From positions 233,757 through 297,756 of the forward strand of contig CAWBKH010000003.1 in the NCBI GenBank assembly GCA_963789335.1: a stretch of DNA of 64,000 nt. Direction: 5' to 3'. How positions within the stretch are numbered: position 1 is the first letter of the stretch; each line of letters starts with the position of its first letter. Below, piece by piece: positions 54,806 to 63,936 of this stretch. This DNA is from an uncultured Verrucomicrobiae bacterium (GTDB lineage: Bacteria > Verrucomicrobiota > Verrucomicrobiia > Limisphaerales > UBA11358). The translations under genes and the position numbers were made by a program. The notes beneath the pieces are model-generated. The model was not told the origin of the DNA and did not search any database. It worked only from the letters and a program-made list of their open reading frames with translations.

Positions 54806-55847
54806 GTTGTCTGGGGCTGCGGAGATCCTGGTGTTCGACGGCATTGGTGGAAACCACCTGGATGCTCTGGATGGCAATGATCGGGCTGCTCGGCCAGCGT
54901 TGATCAAGAGCCTCCACGCCGGTGACAATGATTTGCATGTTGATGTAGCGGCTCAGGTCGAGGTCCGGCGCGGTCGAATAAAGATAATCAATCGTCTCGT
55001 ACGTGTTGGGATCGTATAACTTGTATTTTGTCGGCGCGACCGGACTGGTGACCGCCCCAACCACACCTTCATGCGACACCACGCGGTTCACCGGCGGCGG
55101 CGGCGGGGCCGGTTGGGTGACCGGCGGGGTGGCGGGCGGTTGCTGCTCCGGCACCGTTGTGGGCGTTGGGGTGGTGGGAGCGGGTTGGGGCGCCGGGGCT
55201 GCCTGCGTCAAATACATGGCGGCAACGAAAGCATAGGTATTGGCCGGCGGCTCGATCTCCATCCAATTGCCCTTGGTCCGGATAACATTCACCGGCGTGC
55301 CGCGTTCAATGGTGCCGAGGACGCTGTAATTTTCACCCGGTCCGCCGCGCAGATTTAATTTTTTTGCCAGCACGTTGTTGTTTGCCTTGTCAATGTACTT
55401 GGCAAAGACCCAAACGTGCGCACTCGACGGAAGGGCAATTTGAGCCCATTGCGCGGGTTCATTGGCCTTGTGTTTTTCCAGATTGATTTGGGACAAAACC
55501 GTCACCGTTTCACCCTGGGTAAGATGCGCCACGACTTCGCCCTTGAGACCGGCCTGGCCGCGCGCGTTCAGGCTCTTGACGGCGACCTGCGCCGGACCGG
55601 GAACGAGCGTGACTGTCGGTTCGGACAGCGGAATCATTCTGGCCGGGGCGGCTTTATGCTTCCGGTGTCTGACGGGCTTGGGGGTGGCCGCCGGCGCGCC
55701 GGCCTCAAGGGAGCTTGGCGCCGTCGCGGGCGCGGCTTCGGCGGGCGGTGGCGCAGCGGGCGCGGTGGAGACCGCATTTGTGTTGTCCTGCGCGACTGCG
55801 CTTGTTGCGAGCATCACGCCTACCATCAACCAGCAATTCGTTTTCAT
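54786..55847 (-). CDS. Secreted protein with bacterial SH3-like repeats and a Pro-rich linker
   Basis: Signal peptide. Two blocks of the form LN.R.GPG..Y.V.G....G..V.V. The C-terminus overlaps folD by about 20 nt. Confidence 0.6.
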   Translation of the reverse strand: MKTNCWLMVGVMLATSAVAQDNTNAVSTAPAAPPPAEAAPATAPSSLEAGAPAATPKPVRHRKHKAAPARMIPLSEPTVTLVPGPAQVAVKSLNARGQAGLKGEVVAHLTQGETVTVLSQINLEKHKANEPAQWAQIALPSSAHVWVFAKYIDKANNNVLAKKLNLRGGPGENYSVLGTIERGTPVNVIRTKGNWMEIEPPANTYAFVAAMYLTQAAPAPQPAPTTPTPTTVPEQQPPATPPVTQPAPPPPPVNRVVSHEGVVGAVTSPVAPTKYKLYDPNTYETIDYLYSTAPDLDLSRYINMQIIVTGVEALDQRWPSSPIIAIQSIQVVSTNAVEHQDLRSPRQRGNAAH

Positions 55848-56554
55848 ATTTCTGCAAGTAAAGTTTTAATCTCAGTTTCTGTCAATATACGCCATCGTCC
55901 GGGCTTTAATTCGCCCAGTTTAATCTTGCCAATTTGAGTCCGTTGCAGCCGTTTGACCGCCAATCCCTGCGACTCAAACAGCCGCCGCACTTCGCGGTTT
56001 TTACCTTCGGCCAGTTCCAGCTCCACCATGCTGCGCGTGCGGCCGGCCGAAATGAGTCTTGCCCCCTGCGCCCGGAGTTTTTCCCCGGCGTGCCATACAC
56101 CCCGCAAAAATTGCTCCAACATCACTTTGTCTGCACGCCCTGCAACTGTCGCGATGTATTTTTTTCGAACGCCATAGCGCGGATGAGTCAGGCGCAGGGC
56201 GAATTGTCCATCATTTGTCAGGAAAAGCAATCCTTCGCTGGCAAAATCGAGCCGGCCCACGGAATGAAGAATTTGCCATTCTTTGGGCAAAAAATCGTAA
56301 ATTGTCGGCCGGCCCGCTTCATCCAGGCGCGAACAAACACAGCCGACCGGCTTGTGCAGGGCCACGTAAAGCTTCCGTTTGGCGCGAACGGGTTTGCCAT
56401 CCACGGTAACCGCATCCTGCTCAGGCTCAACTTTGGCGCCGAGCACCCGGACCGGCTGGCCGTTGACCTGAACGCGCCCGGCCAGAATGATCTGTTCGCT
56501 GGCACGGCGCGAAGCCACGCCTGCTTCTGCCAGAAACTTTTGCAAACGAACCAC
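55844..56554 (-). CDS. Pseudouridine synthase, RsuA/RluB family
   Basis: S4 domain (LQKFLAEAGVASRRASEQ) and a catalytic Asp block (HSVGRLDFASEGLL). I chose the GTG at 56554, because the upstream ORF part is encoded by the GTGACCA repeat. Confidence 0.85.
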   Translation of the reverse strand: MVRLQKFLAEAGVASRRASEQIILAGRVQVNGQPVRVLGAKVEPEQDAVTVDGKPVRAKRKLYVALHKPVGCVCSRLDEAGRPTIYDFLPKEWQILHSVGRLDFASEGLLFLTNDGQFALRLTHPRYGVRKKYIATVAGRADKVMLEQFLRGVWHAGEKLRAQGARLISAGRTRSMVELELAEGKNREVRRLFESQGLAVKRLQRTQIGKIKLGELKPGRWRILTETEIKTLLAEI

Positions 56555-56559
56555 AAAAA

Positions 56560-56623
56560 GTGACCAGTGACCAGTGACCAGTGGCGGGAATTCGCGTCGT
56601 CCGCCACCCGACACCCGTCACAC
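56560..56623. repeat. Intergenic stutter-arm hairpin (GTGACCA-type arms)
   Basis: GTGACCAGTGACCAGTGACCAGTGGCGG (56560-56587) versus CCGCCACCCGACACCCGTCACAC (56601-56623). Confidence 0.65.
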
Positions 56624-56773
56624 TTCCGGTTTGGTTTTGCGGAGACCGGTAATGCGGTCGCCGTCCTTCCACTGGCCGCGTTTCTTGAGCAGCGCCGTGC
56701 GCTCGAAACGTTTGAGGACATTGCGTTTGCCGCCCAATACGGACGCCGCGCGCAGACTGCGATGCTGTGACAT
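56618..56773 (-). CDS. Small basic protein (51 aa, putative)
   Basis: Hand translation gives MSQHRSLRAASVLGGKRNVLKRFERTALLKKRGQWKDGDRITGLRKTKPEV. It resembles small basic proteins I recall from PVC genomes. Below the ORF-track cutoff. Confidence 0.45.
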   Translation of the reverse strand: MSQHRSLRAASVLGGKRNVLKRFERTALLKKRGQWKDGDRITGLRKTKPEV

Positions 56774-56936
56774 AAATTATCTTCGGTTAAATTTTCGGTA
56801 AAAAACGAGCGGAAAGAATAACAGATTTGGTTGTCTCCGCAATGACGAATTGACAGATTCAATTCATGCAAATGGAGCATTTGCGAAGACCCAGGCTGGG
56901 AAATTCACCACTGCAATTCCTGCGAACGGCGCGCTT

Positions 56937-57329
56937 TCAAATCCGGTGTAGAGGATAATGCTGGTCAATGAATTTGTAATCACGGTCATTTTCCAAAAAT
57001 GTCACGCCATGTTGAATGACGACGGCGGAAATCAGGCAGTCAACCGAATTTCTGATCGTGATGCCCTTGCGCCGCAGTTCGCGGTAAATCGTTGCGCCTA
57101 GTTCAAAAGTGGAACGGTTGTCCTCCAGATAGATCAAGTTTTCAAAACGCCGTTTGGCGGCGACAAATTCCCTTTCCTCGCGGATGCCTTGCAAAACTTC
57201 GGCCAGCACAAACCCGCAGCAACAAAGGTCATCACGGCTTTGAATGCACTGTTCCAGCTTTTCGGTCTGCCGGGTTTCCTGGCCGTGGAAGAAATCAATC
57301 CAAACCGTCGAATCAACGAGCAGTTTCAC
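56937..57329 (-). CDS. vapC: PIN-domain toxin VapC
   Basis: 130 aa with acidic PIN residues (LVDSTVWID..., ...VLAEV..., ...RNSVDCLI). It overlaps the upstream antitoxin gene by 4 nt. Confidence 0.85.
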   Translation of the reverse strand: MKLLVDSTVWIDFFHGQETRQTEKLEQCIQSRDDLCCCGFVLAEVLQGIREEREFVAAKRRFENLIYLEDNRSTFELGATIYRELRRKGITIRNSVDCLISAVVIQHGVTFLENDRDYKFIDQHYPLHRI

Positions 57330-57529
57330 GGAATCCGCGCCCGGCGCATCACATCAAGATTTCCCGTCCAACGAACCCGGCCTTTGAGCGATAACAATTC
57401 CATTTGCTTTTCGCGCCGCACCAATTCCTGGAGTGCGTGATGCACCAGCGCCCGCCGGGTTTTTAATCCGGTCATTTTCAAGCCGCGCCGCACCAAGACG
57501 TCGTCCAAAACAATGTTCGTTCGTTTCAT
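57326..57529 (-). CDS. vapB: VapB-type antitoxin (DUF2191-like)
   Basis: I chose the ATG at 57529. MKRTNIVLDDVLVRRGLKMTGLKTRRALVHHAL is typical of this antitoxin family. Confidence 0.78.
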   Translation of the reverse strand: MKRTNIVLDDVLVRRGLKMTGLKTRRALVHHALQELVRREKQMELLSLKGRVRWTGNLDVMRRARIP

Positions 57530-57648
57530 TGCATACACATTACACACAGAAAAATATGTATGCAAGTCTGATTCACCGCTTCCATGCCAACAAAGAACGC
57601 ACCGCAGGAACGAATCCCCGGCGCAAACGCACGGCGCTCCGCCGCGGG

Positions 57649-58050
57649 TCACGCTCCCGGCAGCCGTTGCAATTCCATGAGCAACCGTTCCGGGTGGACC
57701 GGCTTGTGCAGGACGGGAGACTTCACTTGGTTGAGGAACGAATGGTATTTGGGATCATCCGCCACGCCGGTGAGGAAGATGAAACGGTGGCAGAGATACG
57801 GCTTCACCCGCTCAATCGCGCTGTAAAACAAGTCGCCTTCCAGTTCCGGCATTCTGAGATCACAAATAATGGCGTCCACGTCCCGGCTGAGGAGGTGTTT
57901 TAAGGCCACCGCGCCGTTGGCAGCGGTGCTGACTTCGTAGTTGAACGTTTCGAGGAGATGTTCGTAGATCAACGCCAGTTCGAGGTCGTCGTCCACAATG
58001 AGCACGCATTTTTTGTGCGGCGCCGGTTGCCTGTCCACGACGGTTGACAT
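57649..58050 (-). CDS. Single-domain response regulator (receiver only)
   Basis: I chose the ATG at 58050. VLIVDDD...DAIICDLRMPELEG...HKP. Confidence 0.8.
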   Translation of the reverse strand: MSTVVDRQPAPHKKCVLIVDDDLELALIYEHLLETFNYEVSTAANGAVALKHLLSRDVDAIICDLRMPELEGDLFYSAIERVKPYLCHRFIFLTGVADDPKYHSFLNQVKSPVLHKPVHPERLLMELQRLPGA

Positions 58051-58280
58051 CGGTGCTTTCGGGTGCGTCGTCCCGGAACGCCTGATTTTCAACGCCTGCG
58101 TCACCAAGACGACCGCCGGCGCGTTCTGAGCGTGACCGGGAATGTCTGGACCAATATGGCACAACTCACGAATGCGGACAAGCGCCGTCCGGTGTTGGTA
58201 ACAACTTGGTTTGGTGGGGCGAAACTACTGACGAGCCGGCTCGCGAGGACGCTCACCTCACCGAAGTTTTCACCAAAATT

Positions 58281-59555
58281 TCAATCACATTTTTCCGCCA
58301 ACGCCTGCTCCCGCTCCAGCAAAGTGGGATGGGAATAGTAAAATCCGCTGTAGAAGGGATGCGGTGTGAGATTGCTCAAATTCTTTTCGTTCAGCTTGCG
58401 CAACGCGCCAATCAGGGATTGTGCCTCGTTCATCACCCGCGCGGCGAAGGCGTCGGCCTGGTATTCGTAGCGCCGCGACCACCAATGAATCAGCGGAGAA
58501 AACCAGAATGTGACCGTGCCCGCCAGCAGTCCAAACAACAACAGCGCCGGCGCCACGCTTCCCGGTTCAAAGCCAAAGGCGCGATAAAACCAGTCCTGCC
58601 GGGCTAGGACGGAAATGAGATAAAACCCGGCCAGCGAACTGACCGCCGAGAACGCCAGCATTTTAGGGATGTGCTTTTTCTTGTAATGGCCGATTTCGTG
58701 CGCAAGCACCGCTTCCAGTTCCGGCTCGGACAACTGCTGGACGAGCGTGTCGAACAGCACAATTTTCCGGAACCGCCCGAATCCGGTGAAGAACGCGTTC
58801 GAGTGGCGCGAACGTTTGCTGCCGTCCATCAACTGGATGCTCCGGGCGCGGAATTGGGTTCGCTTCGCCAGTTCGAGCAGCCGTGCGCGCAGACCGCCTT
58901 CCGGCAACGGAGTGAATTTGTTGAACAACGGCAGAATCAGTACCGGCGCAAGCACCAACATCAGGAATTGAAACGCGAGCAACGCGGCCCACGCCCACAG
59001 CCACCACCACGCTCCGGTCCATTGGACTATTTTCAAGATGAGCACCAGAAGCGGATAACCGAGCACGATGGCCAGCAAGAAACCCTTCAGCAGATCCGTC
59101 CACCAAGTCTTTGGCGTCATGGTGTTGAAGCCGAATTTCTCCTCTAACCGGAATTGTGAGAACCAACTGAACGGCAAACTGGGCAGCGATATCACCAGAC
59201 CGATGGCAAACAAAAACGCCGCCATCGCCCACGCCGACTGGCCCAGCCCGTCGGAAAAACGCTGAAACGCCCAAGGCAAAACGCCGCTGAACAAAAAGAT
59301 GATCAAAACGGCCATATTGTAACCGTCTTCCTTATCTGCGAATTCGCTTTTGGCCAGCGTGTATTCAACGGACTTTCGGTAGGTTGGCTCATCGATCATT
59401 CCACGGAAGGCAGGCGGGACTTCGTTTGCGTGCGCCAGTACATGTCGGCGATTGAGACGCGAGAGCCAGAGTTCGGCGATCCAACGAGCGCAAATCAGCA
59501 TCATGAACGCCGCATTTAAAAAATACGGCGCCGCAATTGGGACAATTCCGCTCAC
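58281..59555 (-). CDS. M48-family zinc metallopeptidase (Ste24/HtpX-like)
   Basis: [10 protein letters not shown] motif and multiple TM segments. The start is uncertain: GTG at 59555 or 59558 overlapping the dapL stop, or ATG at 59504. The ORF-track start at 60047 is antisense overlap. Confidence 0.82.
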   Translation of the reverse strand: MSGIVPIAAPYFLNAAFMMLICARWIAELWLSRLNRRHVLAHANEVPPAFRGMIDEPTYRKSVEYTLAKSEFADKEDGYNMAVLIIFLFSGVLPWAFQRFSDGLGQSAWAMAAFLFAIGLVISLPSLPFSWFSQFRLEEKFGFNTMTPKTWWTDLLKGFLLAIVLGYPLLVLILKIVQWTGAWWWLWAWAALLAFQFLMLVLAPVLILPLFNKFTPLPEGGLRARLLELAKRTQFRARSIQLMDGSKRSRHSNAFFTGFGRFRKIVLFDTLVQQLSEPELEAVLAHEIGHYKKKHIPKMLAFSAVSSLAGFYLISVLARQDWFYRAFGFEPGSVAPALLLFGLLAGTVTFWFSPLIHWWSRRYEYQADAFAARVMNEAQSLIGALRKLNEKNLSNLTPHPFYSGFYYSHPTLLEREQALAEKCD

Positions 59556-60790
59556 CACTTCAACTCCTGCAACCGGCGCGCGACTTCTTCCGCGTTGGCG
59601 CGGCTGTTGAAGGCGCTGATGCGGAAATAGCCTTCGCCCTTCGAGCCGAAACCGCTGCCGGGCGTGATGACCACGTTGGCTTCGCCAAGAATTTTGTCGA
59701 ACGCCTGCCAGCTCGTGACGCCTTTCGGCGCTTTCACCCAGATGTACGGTGCGTTCAGGCCGCCAAAGACTTTCAGTCCGGCCTTCTTCACGCCTTCGCG
59801 CAAGACCTTCGCTTTGCCAAGATAATGCTCGATAAGTGCGCGCACCTGCGTCTTGCCGTCCGGCGAGTAAAGCGCCTCCGCCCCGCGCTGGACAATGTAA
59901 CTGACGCCGTTGAATTTCGTCGTCGCGCGCCGCAGCCAGAGCGGATGCAGCGGCTGAAGCTCGCCGGATTTCGGCTGCGCAAGGAGCGACTTGGGCACGA
60001 CGGTAAACGCGCAGCGGACGCCGGTAAATCCGCCGTTCTTCGAGCAACTGCGGAACTCGATGGCGCAGTCGCGCGCGCCGGGAATTTCGTAAATCGAATG
60101 CGGCAGCGCCGGGTCGGTGATGTACGCCTCGTAAGCCGCGTCAAACAGGATGACCGCCTTGTGTTCCAACGCGTATTTCACCCACGCCTCAAGCTGCGGA
60201 CGATTAGCCGCCGCGCCGGTCGGATTGTTCGGCGAGCACAGATAAATAATGTCCACGTGCCGTTTCGGCGGTTCAGGAATAAAACCATTGCTGGGCCGGC
60301 ACGGCAGATAAACGAGCTTGGAATAAGCGCCCGCTTCGTTGGCCTCGCCGGTGTGGCCGGCCATCACGTTCGTATCCACATAAACCGGATAAACCGGATC
60401 GCTGATGGCGATTTTGTTTTTGTGGCCGAAGATGTCGAGAATGTTGCCGGTGTCGCATTTCGTGCCGTCGCTGACGAAAATCTCGTCGTCGGCCACTTCG
60501 CAACCGCGGTCGCGGAAATCGTTTTGCGCGATGGCATGACGCAGCCACTCATAGCCCTGCTCCGGGCCGTAGCCTTTGAACGTCTCGCGCACGGCCATTT
60601 CGTCCACGGCCTTGTGCATGGCGGCAATGGTGGCGGGCGGCAGCGGCTCCGTCACGTCGCCGATGCCACAACGGATGAGGCGCTGGGCGGCTTCGGGGTT
60701 CGCCTCGCAAAAAACCTTAACGCGCCGGCCGATTTCAGGAAAAAGATAACCGGCTTTGAGCTTGAGATAATTGTCGTTGAGAAATGCCAT
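59552..60790 (-). CDS. dapL: LL-diaminopimelate aminotransferase
   Basis: [21 protein letters not shown]-terminus and PLP-Lys block [13 protein letters not shown] chose the ATG at 60790. Confidence 0.9.
   Translation of the reverse strand: MAFLNDNYLKLKAGYLFPEIGRRVKVFCEANPEAAQRLIRCGIGDVTEPLPPATIAAMHKAVDEMAVRETFKGYGPEQGYEWLRHAIAQNDFRDRGCEVADDEIFVSDGTKCDTGNILDIFGHKNKIAISDPVYPVYVDTNVMAGHTGEANEAGAYSKLVYLPCRPSNGFIPEPPKRHVDIIYLCSPNNPTGAAANRPQLEAWVKYALEHKAVILFDAAYEAYITDPALPHSIYEIPGARDCAIEFRSCSKNGGFTGVRCAFTVVPKSLLAQPKSGELQPLHPLWLRRATTKFNGVSYIVQRGAEALYSPDGKTQVRALIEHYLGKAKVLREGVKKAGLKVFGGLNAPYIWVKAPKGVTSWQAFDKILGEANVVITPGSGFGSKGEGYFRISAFNSRANAEEVARRLQELKW
60691..60790. repeat. 100-bp segment (dapL codons 1-33) duplicated at 61168-61267
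   Basis: See the paired copy. About 88 of 100 nt are identical. Confidence 0.85.
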
Positions 60791-60936
60791 ATACAAAATG
60801 GAGAGTGCAGACTAGACAAGTCGGCGCCGCTTATCAAGGCGGCGGTCCAAGTCGAACCGAACGTGCTATCCACGCTGATCTTCCGATGTGGCAAATAAGC
60901 TTCAGGATGTTCAGAAAGTGGTATTCCTCCCATTCT

Positions 60937-61161
60937 CTAGTCGTTATAGAACAGGGCGCAGAAAACGATGATGGATGATTCCTCCCTTCTGGGCATGACA
61001 TTCGGATCGGGAGGCAGGATCAGGGAGCTCATGTGCGTGGACATCAACCTCACGTCCGGATGGTTCACGAGAAATTGGTTGATCTGTTCTTCGAGGGCTG
61101 TCACCGGCGACTTGCCGGAAGGCAGCTCATGGAGAACGACTTCAAATGTTTTTACTTTCAT
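60937..61161 (-). CDS. Hypothetical small protein (74 aa) between the two dapL 5' copies
   Basis: The ATG sits 6 nt downstream (minus strand) of the duplication junction. [12 protein letters not shown]...EEQINQFL... is loosely reminiscent of Cse60-like small proteins (weak memory-based impression). Confidence 0.4.
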   Translation of the reverse strand: MKVKTFEVVLHELPSGKSPVTALEEQINQFLVNHPDVRLMSTHMSSLILPPDPNVMPRREESSIIVFCALFYND

Positions 61162-61167
61162 TTCGCA

Positions 61168-61267
61168 CTTCGGGGTTCGCCTCGCAAAAAACTTTCACCC
61201 GCCGGCCAATTTCCGGGAAAAGATAACCGGCTTTGAGCTTGAGATAATTGTCGTTTAAATGGGCCAC
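61168..61267. repeat. Orphan copy of the dapL 5' end (GTG + 32 codons)
   Basis: The minus strand reads [33 protein letters not shown], then diverges (VRNESKNI*). Compared with the functional copy there are 8 synonymous codon changes, one replacement (F to H) and ATG to GTG. Confidence 0.85.
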
Positions 61268-61353
61268 GAACGTTGTCTTGTTGAAAAACCTAAGCCTCAG
61301 AATTTACGGCAACGAGCGGGTCGAAGCAAGCCGACGATAAACGAGGTAAGGGG

Positions 61354-62067
61354 CTATTGTGAACGTCGCAAACTCAAGAACAAACCACCCAAGGCTAACA
61401 AGCCAAAGACACTCGGTTCTGGGACGGTTTGACTGGAAAATTGTATCGCATCCAAAAAGAGAGTCTCGTCATTCACATGGGGGTTTTCTCCGAAAACCGT
61501 AAAAGCCAGTTGTGCGGTTTGATTCGCCCACTGACTGACATCCGCACCATAGAGAGTGTAGTTTGGGCCAGTTCCTAGAACCGTCAGCGATAGTGTCTGA
61601 CCACCGAGCGTGACAGCGAAAGCACCTGATAAATCAAACCATTCGTTTGCTTTGAATTGAAGCGATTCCGTACCGGCGGGAACGAATCCAGTTTGAGAAA
61701 GGGTCACGTCGGTTGGTATAGCGCCGTTTGACGTATATCCAAGTCCCGATTCGAGAACAGCGGTATAATTGCCTTCAATCACCTCTCCGGAAAAATCGGA
61801 TAAAGAGGAAGAATTACGGTCAATGATAGCGATTCCAGCGCTGTCTAAAAAAATGCTGTCGTACAAAGCATTCGTGTCAATGGCTCCTGCAATGGTTTGG
61901 GTCCATCCCGGAAACGCTGGGGCAAACTGAACAGCATGGTAAGGGTCTCCTGGCACTGGAACCAGAGTTGCCGACTCAAAATCCGAATCTTGAAATTCCT
62001 GCCCGGATGCCTCTCGCAAGAAAGCGAGTGAAACCATAACCAAGCACGCGGTCGCTTGAAGTTTCAT
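61354..62067 (-). CDS. PEP-CTERM sorting-domain secreted protein
   Basis: Signal peptide. The C-terminus is VPEPSVFGLLALGGLFLSLRRSQ (PEP motif, TM segment, basic tail). Confidence 0.8.
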   Translation of the reverse strand: MKLQATACLVMVSLAFLREASGQEFQDSDFESATLVPVPGDPYHAVQFAPAFPGWTQTIAGAIDTNALYDSIFLDSAGIAIIDRNSSSLSDFSGEVIEGNYTAVLESGLGYTSNGAIPTDVTLSQTGFVPAGTESLQFKANEWFDLSGAFAVTLGGQTLSLTVLGTGPNYTLYGADVSQWANQTAQLAFTVFGENPHVNDETLFLDAIQFSSQTVPEPSVFGLLALGGLFLSLRRSQ

Positions 62068-62167
62068 AAATAACTCATTTTATCTTCAATTAAAACTTAA
62101 TCAAAGTCAAGTTTAAAGTAGGTTTTATTTCTTCGAAAACGCCTCCGCAAACTGCCGCTGATGCGCC

Positions 62168-62767
62168 TTACTTCCGGTTAATTCTCTTGCACGCCTGTTT
62201 GTAAATGTGCGGATACAACACGCCGACGAACGGCAGGTTGCGGTAGCGTTCCGCGAAATCCAGTCCGTAGCCGACGACAAAGTCGTCCGGCACGGTAAAT
62301 CCGACGTAATCGGCTGCGATTTTTTCAACGCGCCGCGCAGGTTTGTCGAGCAACACGCAGATTTTAACGCGGCGCGGCTTGAGGGCGCGAACTTTGGGCA
62401 GCACGCGGTTTAGGGTTTGGCCCGTGTCGAGAATGTCGTCCACCAACAGCACGTCGCGTCCGCGCATGTCCAGCCGCAGTTGCTTGGTGAAAGTCAGTTC
62501 GCCGGATTTCACGCCTTCGCCATAACTGGAAACGCCCAGAAAATCCAGCCGCAGCGGCAGATTCAAATGCCGCAGCAAATCCGCCAGGAACATCACCGTG
62601 CCGTTGAGCAGCGAGACGACGACCGTTTCGCGCCCGTGAAAGTCGCGTTCGATTTCCCGCGCTAGGGCGCGGACACGTTGTGCGAGTTGCGCTTCCGTAA
62701 TGAGCACGCGCTCGACTTCCTTGCGCCAGCGCGAAGGGACGCGCGCAAAATTACGGTTGGAGGCCAT
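62168..62767 (-). CDS. hpt: Hypoxanthine phosphoribosyltransferase
   Basis: PRPP-binding motif VLLVDDILDTGQT. Size and blocks are typical of Hpt. Confidence 0.9.
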   Translation of the reverse strand: MASNRNFARVPSRWRKEVERVLITEAQLAQRVRALAREIERDFHGRETVVVSLLNGTVMFLADLLRHLNLPLRLDFLGVSSYGEGVKSGELTFTKQLRLDMRGRDVLLVDDILDTGQTLNRVLPKVRALKPRRVKICVLLDKPARRVEKIAADYVGFTVPDDFVVGYGLDFAERYRNLPFVGVLYPHIYKQACKRINRK

Positions 62768-62771
62768 GACT

Positions 62772-63164
62772 TCAAATGTGTTTGTTGTCGCTTTCGTCCT
62801 TCACCGTGTAACCGCTTTCCTGCCGCTGGAAATTCACCGCGTTCTTTTTGACGTAAGCGGCGAACACATCGTCGGCGCTCAGGCCGAGCACCTGGGCCAG
62901 GCTGATGAGGAAATGAAACAGGTCCACGACCTCGACCCGCGCGTTCTGCGCGTCGAACTTCTGGTACTTCGCCCACCATTTCCACGGCACGCTGTCGGTG
63001 AGTTCGGCGATTTCCTGCGTCATGGCGCGGCAATAATTCAAAATCCATTTCGTCTGGTCCGCCTCGCTCATGCCTTCGGTCCGGACACCGATGCGTTCGT
63101 TCAAGGCTTTTTGCATGCGGAACAATTCACGGAGTTGATCGGGCTTTTCCATGCGCAAAAGCAT
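62772..63164 (-). CDS. All-alpha NTP pyrophosphohydrolase, dimeric dUTPase-like
   Basis: Blocks LNYCRAMTQEIAELTD, WKWW and EVVDLFHFLISLA resemble the dUTPase_2/MazG-like fold. The start is uncertain (ATG at 63164 or 63152). Confidence 0.6.
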   Translation of the reverse strand: MLLRMEKPDQLRELFRMQKALNERIGVRTEGMSEADQTKWILNYCRAMTQEIAELTDSVPWKWWAKYQKFDAQNARVEVVDLFHFLISLAQVLGLSADDVFAAYVKKNAVNFQRQESGYTVKDESDNKHI

Positions 63165-63300
63165 TCGCTGACGATTGATGGGAAGCAAGCCGAAAACATG
63201 GGGTGTGAAACGTGAAATGCGAATCTTTTCGGACCGATCATCACGCCTCACATGTCACTTGCCGCTTGTCACCCATTACCCAACGGCCTATAAAAGTCGC

Positions 63301-63936
63301 ATGTTGCCAACGCTTCTGACCGACGGCGGCCCGGTGATCTGGCTGATTTTGATCGCCGCGGCCGTTGCCCTCGTCGTATTTATCGAACGTGTGCTGTACT
63401 GCCACCGCTCGCAGATCAATTCCGCGGAATTCCTCAACGGCGTGCGCAACGTGCTCAAGCGTGACAACGTCGTCGAAGCGATTTCCATTTGCGACGCCAC
63501 GCCCGGCCCGGTGGCGCGCCTGGTCAAAACCGCCATTCTGAACCGCGACCGCGGCCGTGAACGCGTGCGCGAGGCAGTTGAGGAAGCCGGCCTGACCGAG
63601 GTGCCACAGCTCGAGGAACGCTTGAACCTGCTCGCGACCATCGCGCAACTGGCGCCGCTGCTCGGCCTGCTCGGCACGGTGATCGGTTTCATCCAGATGT
63701 TCATGCAATTGCAGGAGCAGGGGCCTTATGCGCCCATTACCGGCGAGCATTCGCTGACGGCAGGCATCTGGCAGGCCCTCATCTGCGCGGCAGCGGGCAT
63801 TGCCGTGGCGATCCCGGTCCACGCCGGCTACAATTATCTGGTCAGCCGCATCAACAAAATCGTCCTCGACATGGAACGCGCCGCCGCTGAAATCGTCAAC
63901 ATCGTCACCGAAACCGACCTTCCGAAATCCCCATGA
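63301..63936 (+). CDS. MotA/TolQ/ExbB-family proton channel
   Basis: I chose the ATG at 63301. Three TM segments and the conserved C-terminal block (LLGLLGTVIGFI...GIAVAIP). Confidence 0.85.
   Translation: MLPTLLTDGGPVIWLILIAAAVALVVFIERVLYCHRSQINSAEFLNGVRNVLKRDNVVEAISICDATPGPVARLVKTAILNRDRGRERVREAVEEAGLTEVPQLEERLNLLATIAQLAPLLGLLGTVIGFIQMFMQLQEQGPYAPITGEHSLTAGIWQALICAAAGIAVAIPVHAGYNYLVSRINKIVLDMERAAAEIVNIVTETDLPKSP

Noticed and set aside
60800-62130. Calling the dapL-upstream and PEP-CTERM region a low-GC foreign island.
   Set aside because: Hand counts are heterogeneous (33 of 60 at 60961, 36 of 60 at 61561, 26 of 60 at 61801). There is no consistent compositional shift, so no GC-based claim is made.
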